Positions 25,701-32,000 of a stretch of 32,000 bases of DNA are shown here, one piece after another; position 1 is the first letter of the stretch, and each line of letters begins with the position of its first letter. The notes under the pieces were generated by a model, which was given only the letters and a program-made list of their open reading frames with translations, searched no databases and was not told the origin of the DNA. A program made the position numbers and the translations under genes. Origin of the DNA: Methanobacteriota archaeon (GTDB lineage: Archaea; Thermoplasmatota; Poseidoniia; Poseidoniales; Poseidoniaceae). The stretch is from the NCBI GenBank assembly GCA_002707335.2, contig PAMN02000027.1, positions 1-32,000 of the forward strand, in the 5' to 3' direction.

Positions 25701-28700
25701 GCAACTCCTCGTACACCATCATTCTGTCCGTTGTGCCCATCGTCATTCGAACGGAATTCGAAGTTGATATCTACAACTGAACCTGCTAGGCTTAGACATT
25801 CATCAGTCCAGAAAGCAGAGTCTGGAGCGGTAGTATTGACAATGTACAAGTGAGTTAGATCAATACTTCTACTCTGTACGAGTCCATCTGAATTGAAGAA
25901 TACATTGTAGTTTCCTGAACCACCGTTTACGTTAGTAGGGTCGCCAATATATTCTATTTCAGTTGTATCGAGCGTAGTCTCGTTGACTGGGTCAATGAAA
26001 CCATTTTCATCCTCATCAACTATACAGAAACCATCTTCGTTGTAGTCAATCCATTGTCCGTAAATGACACCTTCATAATCGGTTCCATTATTGTTCCAAT
26101 CGGCTGTTATAGCAGCGTAATCATTAACAGAAGAGGTTGCACCTGACTGAGAAATTTCGAACCATGTCTCTGCGAAATACTCGAAGTTTAGAGCAACATA
26201 GTCGCCAGACATGCTTGTTAAGTCAATATCTGGAATTGTGAGTGTTTCGTTCTCCCAAACATCTCCAAAGCTGTTTGCTGTATCACAAGGATGTCCGAAC
26301 CAGTATGCGTAAGATCCGAATAAGGACTCTGCACAACTTGAATCATCTAAGATTCCACCGTTAGCGTTTCCGTCATCGACATATCGGAATCCAGAGGACC
26401 CACCTTCAAATGCTTCCCCACAAATCACTAGTGGCGTTCCACAGAAAACATCTGCTGGAATTGCGCTGTAAACTGTTGCTTCTATGTCAAATGTGACATT
26501 CGTGTTTCCAAGATGTTCAACTTTGACTTCGACAGGGAAATTACCCTCAGCGTAAAGGCTACCTGATTTGAATGATTCAATACCTACAACTGCAGGGTCA
26601 AAGATGTTGAATGCAGCGATATATCCAACAATATCGTCATTTGCAGGTTGCTCGTCTTGTCCATAATTCAAAACTGCGGAAATTCTGTATGTAGTACCAT
26701 TTTCGAAGTTAGCGGTGATTGAAGTTGTATAATCCTCGTTTGGTGCTAAGTTGTTCATGTTGATGTTAGATTGTTGGTTTTGTACATTTGATGTGAAACC
26801 AGTGGTCTGTTTCCAAATAGTTACGTTATCTATAGCGAAACCATCTCTTCCAGTCCATAACGTTTCATTAGCACCAACTGAGCCATCCCATCCAGATTTG
26901 AATCTGAAACGGATATCTACAATGTCTCCGGTAAAACTTGACAATTCAAATGCGCCAAGGTCTTCCTCAGTAAAGTTTGACCAACCGTAATATGTTCCAG
27001 GAATTGCACCACCATATCTGTAGATTGCTTCAGAGAATCCTGTATTTGCTTGTGATTCTCTACGGCCGTTGTCGTAACCTCCCCAATAACTGGTTTGTGA
27101 AGGACATTGTCCGTCGAAATATGCTTCGTTAGGACAGGATAGAGTAGTCCAACCATCATCTTCAGTGAAGATTTCGATGATTGCTGCATCATCCCAAATT
27201 TCTGCTAGAACTATACCATTTGCATCGCTTGTGTAAAGATCGGATATGCCGAGATGCCTGAACATTTCAATGCTCATCCATGCTCTGTCTGCGCCTGTCA
27301 AATCGACATCGTTCAGAACCAATCCTTCATCCCAATTTGGTTCATATCCAGACCATGTGTCTCCACTAGAGTTAGTTTTCATTACTCCAGACCACATAAA
27401 GTCTGTTGGGTTGTTACCATTCGCTGAGAAATTTGCATCGTTGTTTCCACCGTTAGTCTGACCCATACTGCTGTTTGCAGCTATCTCTTCATGCCAGTGA
27501 GATGGACCGTAGTAAGATTCTGTAGTCCAAGTACATCCTGAACCACATCCTGACCTGTCCTCTGGATTATCCCAATCCATAGCGTAAACAGTGGTATTGC
27601 TGGATAATGATTCATCAACTTCCTTGATTTCAACATCTAGAGTCGCTTGACCATTTAGAATGTCCATACCTGTGTTTGTTACTGTAACCTTGACTTCCCT
27701 TGATCCTTCTCCTAATGCGCCAATGTATGCATCTGTTGGAGATATTTCAATACTTGAAACAGCCAAATCCTTATTGTCCATTTCAATGACTACAATTCGG
27801 TCATATGCTCCATCCCAGCCAAAGTTATCGTCCCATGTGAATGAATCGTAAGAACCGTGACCGACAATCAAATCAGGAGCACTGTTAGCGCCACCGATTA
27901 CTTGCCCTACTGCAACAGTTGTTGGTCTCATAGCGCCAAAGTACTCCAGTGGATTCATGTGGCCACCATTTCCGTTAGAAAGAGTAACTTGAACACTTGT
28001 TGGAAGATTCAAGAAGTAATTGCTTGTTGTATCTCCTGTTGACGAGGTAGAGTTGGACTGCTTGAATTTAGCAGCGTGTACGAAATCAACCTCTCCATCA
28101 CCGTTTAATTCAGTTACAGTTACTTCCCAAGAGATGTATGGTCCAAAGTATACAGTTTTTGTATTTGCATAAGTGTGAGTTGTTGGATTCAATGTCGCAT
28201 ATGATACGTTTTCTGTATTTGCGTCATTCATTGCAACAACATCGATGAGACCGTCATTATCGAGATCTCCAATGTCAAACCCACCAAATTCGGGTCCTAG
28301 GGCATGAACGTGAACGCCATTTCCTCCCTGTTGTGTCCATTGAAGAACTGCTGGGAATGTGTTAGTTAAACAGTCGAATTCCACTACAGTAACGTTGTCT
28401 GACTTTCCAGGGTTTGTTGCTGCACCGGTAAGGTAGTCAACACCTTGGGAGCGAACTAGCCACATGTCTACATCGTCACATGAACCGCCGCTTAGCGGAT
28501 TTGCTTGGCTGGGTTCTCCCCAATCTCCTAGTTCTAGTTCTGTGTAAGAATTCTGTGTAGAGTCACCGAGTGAAGTGACTTGCCCTTGAGTTGATGAAGT
28601 GATAGGACCTCTGTAAGTGACAACTCTTTGTTGTTTTAGGTCTGCAAGCAATTCAAGAGTGACGATGTCATCATTTCCATCTCCATCCAAATCTGCAACT

Positions 28701-29230
28701 GCTAGATCCCACATCCAAACTACATCGTACTGCTCACCGATGGAGAAAGTGTCGACGTCACAGCCGTCGTTTTCTAGAATTGTTACGTTACCCAATTTGT
28801 TGACAACAACAGCGCCAGTTGAGTCTTGGCGCAGTGGAATGTTTCTAGCGTAGATAACGATGTCAATTGCGTTATCTCCGGTAAATTCACCGACTTCTAC
28901 TTGTTGAGTGTTAGAGTGATCTTCGTAATTTGCATCTGAACTTGGATTACCTGAAGTCCAAACATCTGATCTCTTTTGGAACTGTCCATTTTCGTTCCAC
29001 AGAATCGATATTTTTGTACTCCTGTCGTTAGCGGTGACGATGTCTAAGTCGCCATCACAATCGAAGTCACCAAGGGCGACATCGACAGGGTCTGTTTCAG
29101 TTGTGTATGACCTCGATGTTGAAGCCGATACTAGGTTAGCAGCAGTTGTTGAAAGCAACATTACCAGGACGAGAAGTAGTGCGTTTCCGCGTCCATCTTT
29201 GTTCAAAGTCTTCCATTGCATTGTTATCAC
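22718..29230 (-). CDS. Giant (2170 aa) type I membrane surface protein: FG-GAP/VCBS propeller, CARDB-, MAM/jelly-roll- and PKD-like domains, C-terminal TM and cytoplasmic tail
   Basis: Signal peptide ALLLVLVMLLSTTAANLVSAS. FG-GAP Ca-loop motifs: GDFDCDGDLDIVTAN, VADLDGDGNDDIVTL, IGDLDNDGLIDVVAMN, ELNGDGEVDFVHA. CARDB-like VKVTVTNTGMD. MAM-like ends GFAIDNVTIW and GVAFDNISLQ. PKD-like LTVYFDASESNDPD..YEWTV. TM ILYLGGGGALLLIVVLTLFFVL (about 22910-22975) followed by a 63-aa tail. Probable ATG start at 29221 (MQWKTL). Confidence 0.9.
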   Translation of the reverse strand: MITMQWKTLNKDGRGNALLLVLVMLLSTTAANLVSASTSRSYTTETDPVDVALGDFDCDGDLDIVTANDRSTKISILWNENGQFQKRSDVWTSGNPSSDANYEDHSNTQQVEVGEFTGDNAIDIVIYARNIPLRQDSTGAVVVNKLGNVTILENDGCDVDTFSIGEQYDVVWMWDLAVADLDGDGNDDIVTLELLADLKQQRVVTYRGPITSSTQGQVTSLGDSTQNSYTELELGDWGEPSQANPLSGGSCDDVDMWLVRSQGVDYLTGAATNPGKSDNVTVVEFDCLTNTFPAVLQWTQQGGNGVHVHALGPEFGGFDIGDLDNDGLIDVVAMNDANTENVSYATLNPTTHTYANTKTVYFGPYISWEVTVTELNGDGEVDFVHAAKFKQSNSTSSTGDTTSNYFLNLPTSVQVTLSNGNGGHMNPLEYFGAMRPTTVAVGQVIGGANSAPDLIVGHGSYDSFTWDDNFGWDGAYDRIVVIEMDNKDLAVSSIEISPTDAYIGALGEGSREVKVTVTNTGMDILNGQATLDVEIKEVDESLSSNTTVYAMDWDNPEDRSGCGSGCTWTTESYYGPSHWHEEIAANSSMGQTNGGNNDANFSANGNNPTDFMWSGVMKTNSSGDTWSGYEPNWDEGLVLNDVDLTGADRAWMSIEMFRHLGISDLYTSDANGIVLAEIWDDAAIIEIFTEDDGWTTLSCPNEAYFDGQCPSQTSYWGGYDNGRRESQANTGFSEAIYRYGGAIPGTYYGWSNFTEEDLGAFELSSFTGDIVDIRFRFKSGWDGSVGANETLWTGRDGFAIDNVTIWKQTTGFTSNVQNQQSNINMNNLAPNEDYTTSITANFENGTTYRISAVLNYGQDEQPANDDIVGYIAAFNIFDPAVVGIESFKSGSLYAEGNFPVEVKVEHLGNTNVTFDIEATVYSAIPADVFCGTPLVICGEAFEGGSSGFRYVDDGNANGGILDDSSCAESLFGSYAYWFGHPCDTANSFGDVWENETLTIPDIDLTSMSGDYVALNFEYFAETWFEISQSGATSSVNDYAAITADWNNNGTDYEGVIYGQWIDYNEDGFCIVDEDENGFIDPVNETTLDTTEIEYIGDPTNVNGGSGNYNVFFNSDGLVQSRSIDLTHLYIVNTTAPDSAFWTDECLSLAGSVVDINFEFRSNDDGHNGQNDGVRGVAFDNISLQEFTFSQDAVYTTTVQDLDAEENRTIPVANHEFYSGVYKIEIESIFDNTTAGTSWFGAEEVSVANNLAQVIFSVESVDITLGKPDQISCLSDVVMDCMLPIDSSLTHDWELSATNGVLQGDYVFHMTVVDMADGTEVHTTTAGPSKTLAPNEKTGLSFTPWNGWTDGHMYNISFHATLPDGKTSGNVRYFHAAFADQIDVAILSGDSTRVSAIKEDIQILGMTYTQYDINDWDEYLDLGWISHYDKVIMPWQDPNTAKPVDEGGRGYYEVIGKSSNQLVLKNFMSSGGTVQVHLSGDTDYYEYSSSTGESLLPFDMDIKPKADANNRITYSNMEVADPYHPILDGVDVAAFQGFDQFGTVTEAIINTKSASATSVPRACGGYSESGGSFQRILQSEVDQQDTVLGVCSYLDGGMIVTTIDVASVSERANSTTFPLLGNMLGYHVSPYPDGFTQNGTQLTINGDTPSIDPSTGGYAYTYMKSNAEITFGYTSTSTSALETDWVLDGPTDWNGASMASGTSHTDLMSPTTTFCKVDLSSATNCQQGATWNVKLYLHDNEGHSRVLSATVMTDDTKADADPPTASVEIEMRDSYAERIESQGVKTASGVDWPQNRIHLDETGSLTVYFDASESNDPDAVTGNGIETYEWTVLFDKEYDDTSIPPAHSFIMPSSSDGKWAYTFSNVTVDPSGQTESLIRIELVVIDKADKLSERYKMYFSVVPEGFGDEEPTVQIDVNLNGSTYSNDTITLSGNILDGAEQGDVYVEAALDRDSFDASAVSKFTLNKSGEWRKSLPLGNGDSFELTLTLTDLYNNTTYDKEIYLKIYEGEDKRWPIVYWIEIRLDACQGDLPSNEVLVAEQDAYWIWNADTKECEWSGEYTDSDGDGIPDKAPVDNSAESGGDDNLILYLGGGGALLLIVVLTLFFVLKGGDEDEMMQGDTGWAGGADAYGAVAQMDPMEQYVQQLIAQGYPEETARAYAQQYAAHFQGQQ

Positions 29231-29346
29231 TCATCTGTGCGACACCAACTACCACTTTAATTCCTTTGGGAAAGTGAGCGCTTAACAAAAAACTAAATGC
29301 CTCGCAGTGCATTGATTTAAGAAAAAATGAAGAAAAATTACAATTT

Positions 29347-29991
29347 CTACTTACTCGATAGCCAAGCCGGCGACGGACCCCATGCAATTTCCTCGCCACC
29401 GTGAATCTTTACTAGCTTTCCTTGTTTGAATAAAGATTCAAGATAAACCTCCAATTCAATTCCTTCTCTATCACCCAGGTAATCACTTGCAGCAAGTGCT
29501 ATCTCTTCAGTAACCAAGGCCGTCAAACCATGTTTTCTAACAGCGAGTCTGAGTAATTCCTTTAGCCATGCCTCAGCCATTGGATCAACTGAAGATATTC
29601 CCTGAGCAGGCATTGGTTCTTCAACCATTTCTAATTCTTCACGGAGACGTTCTGAACCAACCTTCTGAGGAGGTAAAATTCCAGTATCCGCTAACTTTGC
29701 CTGTAGATCTAATTCGCCGATTGGACGTCTTACTACAGGAATTCGGGAAGGGTCTGGCGCTGGACCCATATCTTTTGGAGGACTATTTTCTGCCGGTTCT
29801 TCGCCATTATCGAAATCATAACTTGAGAGATTAGTGCTATCAACAGCCAACGGCATCATCCAACCTACGTCTTCCATGCCTATTTCTTTGATTAGGGATT
29901 TTACCCATTGGTATTCACCCTCCAACAGAACATCAACATCATCGTCATCGCTTCGGAAGCGAAAACGAACATATCCTGACATATTCTGCAT
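29347..29991 (-). CDS. Hypothetical cytoplasmic protein (214 aa), acidic, with a Pro-rich central linker
   Basis: Clean ORF in the minus-strand gene string between aconitase and the giant gene. I recognise no motif. The C-terminal third is helical and winged-helix-like by eye (low confidence). Confidence 0.5.
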   Translation of the reverse strand: MQNMSGYVRFRFRSDDDDVDVLLEGEYQWVKSLIKEIGMEDVGWMMPLAVDSTNLSSYDFDNGEEPAENSPPKDMGPAPDPSRIPVVRRPIGELDLQAKLADTGILPPQKVGSERLREELEMVEEPMPAQGISSVDPMAEAWLKELLRLAVRKHGLTALVTEEIALAASDYLGDREGIELEVYLESLFKQGKLVKIHGGEEIAWGPSPAWLSSK

Positions 29992-30029
29992 GATACCATG
30001 CTGTTAGTTCAAGGGATATAATCCATCGG

Positions 30030-32000
30030 TTAATTTGCTAAGTTCCTCAAGACTGTGTGAAGGATTCCACCGTTTCTGTAATATTCTACTTCGACTGGTG
30101 TATCAAGTCTAACTGACGCTGTGAATTTAATCTTTGAGCCGTCTGATTTCGTTGCAGTTACCTCGATGTCCTGTAATGGCTGAACATCGTCAGTCACAGG
30201 TATTTCGAATGATTCAGTACCGTCAATACCTAACATGTCTGCACTTTCTCCTTCTTTGAAAGTTAAAGGGAGTACGCCCATTCCAACCAAATTAGATCTG
30301 TGAATCCTCTCAAAGGAGGTAGCAATTACGGCCTTAACTCCAAGTAAATAGGTCCCTTTTGCAGCCCAATCTCTGCTACTTCCTGTACCATATTGAGAAC
30401 CCGCCAAAACAATCATCGGACTACTGCTTGCCATTGCAGCGTTATAGACGAAAGTAACCTCTCCATTTTCATGATTGAGCGCATAACCACCTTCAGTTCC
30501 TGGTGCTAGCTGATTACGAACTCTCACGTTAGCAAAAGTACCCCTCATCATGATTTCGTGATTTCCTCTTCGACTTCCAAAAGAGTTGAAGTCGCCTTGA
30601 CTCACTCCTCTATCAGTTAGCCAAATACCAGCTGGGCCATCTGCTGGGAAAGCCCCGGCTGGAGAGATATGGTCAGTAGTAATAGAATCTCCAAGTTTCA
30701 ATAATACCTTGGCACTCTGTATCGATGAAATCGGTTCTGGAGTTTTTGACAATCCTTGGAAGAAGGATGGCAGCCTAATGTAAGTTGATTGTTCATCCCA
30801 CGGGTAAAGGGGGGATGCCTCGCTTGGAATTGAATCCCATCTCGGTTCTTGCATGACTGTTGAGTATCTTTCTCTGAACATTTCTGGAGTGATTTTAGCC
30901 ACTGCCTCGTTGAGTTGCTCAGCGCTAGGCCAAACATCGCTAAGCATTACTGGAGTGCCATCTTCTGAATGCCCTAATGGTTCAGTTGTTATATCGACAT
31001 CAAGGCTACCTGCAATCGCATAAGCAACTACCAATGGTGGGCTTGCAAGATAGGATGCCTTTACCTTTTGATGTACTCTACCTTCGAAATTTCGGTTGCC
31101 TGAGATTACTGAGCCTACGATTAGGTTTGCATCATCGATAGCAGCTTCAATGTCCTCTGGTATAGGTCCAGAATTACCGATACACGTAGTACAACCATAT
31201 CCTACATTGTTGAATCCTAATTCTGACAAATCCTTGTCAAGCCCATTGGCTTCGTAATATTCTGTAACTACTCTTGAACCAGGAGCCAATGAGGTTTTGA
31301 CCCACGGCTTAACGGTCAAACCTCTCTTCAGAGCATTTCTAGCAAGAAGACCTGCAGCAAGCATTACACCCGGATTCGAAGTGTTAGTGCAGGATGTAAT
31401 TGCAGCAATAACAACGTCGCCATGATTTAGGTCATAGTCACCTCCAACCATAGAAGAGTTCGATAAATCAGCCTCCGATAATCCATGCCCTTGATGACCT
31501 AATTCGTGAGTTAGTGATTCTCTGAAATGAGACGCCATATTTGACAGGTCGACCCTATCTTGCGGGCGCTTTGGACCTGCTAAAGCAGGCTGTACAGTTG
31601 AAAGGTCAAGTTCTAAAACAGCAGTATAACTCTTCTCTTCGTCTCCTTTGTCATACCACAAACCTTGGGCTTTACAGTATTCTTCTACAGCAACAACTTG
31701 GTCTTCTTCTCTACCTGACAATCGCATGTATGCGAGAGTGTTTTCATCTACGGGGAAGAAACCGCATGTTGCACCATATTCTGGCGCCATGTTTGCGATT
31801 GTCGCACGATCTGGCAAAGATAATTCTACCATTCCTGCACCAAAAAATTCTACAAATTTTCCAACTACTCCGTGCTCTCTGAGTAATTCAACTATCCTCA
31901 GAGTCATGTCTGTAGCAGTAACGCCAGGATTCAGTGAACCGTTTAATCTGAAACCAACAACGTCTGGCGCAAGCATGTAGATTGGTTGACCTAGCATTAC
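30030..32000 (-). CDS. acnA: Aconitate hydratase (aconitase A type), 5'-truncated by the window edge
   Basis: Contains PDRATIANMAPEYGATCGFFPVD, ITSCTNTSNP, GCTTCIGNSGP and SGNRNFEGR (Fe-S ligand Cys motifs), plus the C-terminal swivel domain GSSRDWAAKG. The reading frame stays open to position 32000. Confidence 0.95.
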   Translation of the reverse strand, partial: VMLGQPIYMLAPDVVGFRLNGSLNPGVTATDMTLRIVELLREHGVVGKFVEFFGAGMVELSLPDRATIANMAPEYGATCGFFPVDENTLAYMRLSGREEDQVVAVEEYCKAQGLWYDKGDEEKSYTAVLELDLSTVQPALAGPKRPQDRVDLSNMASHFRESLTHELGHQGHGLSEADLSNSSMVGGDYDLNHGDVVIAAITSCTNTSNPGVMLAAGLLARNALKRGLTVKPWVKTSLAPGSRVVTEYYEANGLDKDLSELGFNNVGYGCTTCIGNSGPIPEDIEAAIDDANLIVGSVISGNRNFEGRVHQKVKASYLASPPLVVAYAIAGSLDVDITTEPLGHSEDGTPVMLSDVWPSAEQLNEAVAKITPEMFRERYSTVMQEPRWDSIPSEASPLYPWDEQSTYIRLPSFFQGLSKTPEPISSIQSAKVLLKLGDSITTDHISPAGAFPADGPAGIWLTDRGVSQGDFNSFGSRRGNHEIMMRGTFANVRVRNQLAPGTEGGYALNHENGEVTFVYNAAMASSSPMIVLAGSQYGTGSSRDWAAKGTYLLGVKAVIATSFERIHRSNLVGMGVLPLTFKEGESADMLGIDGTESFEIPVTDDVQPLQDIEVTATKSDGSKIKFTASVRLDTPVEVEYYRNGGILHTVLRNLAN

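Noticed and set aside
22908-29285. About a dozen 60-91-aa ORFs on both strands inside the 2170-aa gene
   Set aside because: All are nested in a single uninterrupted 6.5-kb frame with coherent domain motifs. None has a recognisable motif or its own promoter space.
29136-29399. 87-aa minus-strand ORF covering the spacer upstream of the giant gene
   Set aside because: It overlaps the 3' end of the 214-aa gene and the 5' end of the giant gene in another frame, and it has no motif. The region is better explained as terminator and promoter space (T-rich run, AATTAAAG-like element).
1-32000. Mobile elements, defence islands, CRISPR arrays, tRNA/rRNA genes
   Set aside because: I found no direct repeats with spacers, no terminal inverted repeats, no integrase/transposase/nuclease/helicase motifs and no tRNA-like cloverleaf candidates in the very short intergenic regions. 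The window looks like core or accessory chromosome, not an integrated element.

Overview
AT-rich, extremely gene-dense chromosomal segment. Intergenic DNA is almost absent, there are several 1-25 nt gene overlaps, and two convergent gene pairs have touching or overlapping ends. I read it as archaeal, probably a marine planktonic euryarchaeote. Support: a Gar1 homologue, TATA-like boxes 25-45 nt upstream of start codons, an acidic proteome, lipobox lipoproteins and giant surface proteins. I saw no rRNA, tRNA, CRISPR, transposase or integrase. Layout: (1) a small DCC/DUF393 thiol oxidoreductase. (2) A roughly 11.6 kb putative metal (iron) acquisition supercluster at 475-12245. It holds a Met/His/Cys-rich acidic lipoprotein, a 777-aa anchored surface protein, a FecB/C/D-type ABC importer and a HugZ-like haem-utilisation protein. 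It also holds PhnC/PhnE-like ABC subunits and, on the opposite strand, a lipoprotein substrate-binding protein followed by a PQQ-sugar-dehydrogenase-like beta-propeller lipoprotein. By eye that binding protein aligns better to a transferrin lobe than to classical PhnD, with all four Fe ligands D/Y/Y/H present. Both outward promoters of the supercluster carry the same 14-bp site, TTAGGG-N3-CCTAA, twice each, with an identical 34-bp spacing bracketing a TATA-like box. A fifth copy precedes the neighbouring gene. (3) An 892-aa membrane enzyme with a PigN/PigO-like (GPI ethanolamine-phosphate transferase-like) architecture. (4) An ABC-2 exporter-like pair with a divergent membrane protein and a 634-aa secreted protein. 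(5) A Gar1-like core fused to two RanBP2-type zinc fingers and Arg/Asp/Asn-rich repeats, translationally coupled to a TPR membrane protein. (6) Adenosylhomocysteinase. (7) A 2170-aa surface protein with an N-terminal FG-GAP propeller, a single C-terminal TM and a cytoplasmic tail (integrin-alpha-like layout). (8) A 214-aa unknown protein and a 5'-truncated aconitase. All homology statements rest on motif recognition by eye. No searches were run.
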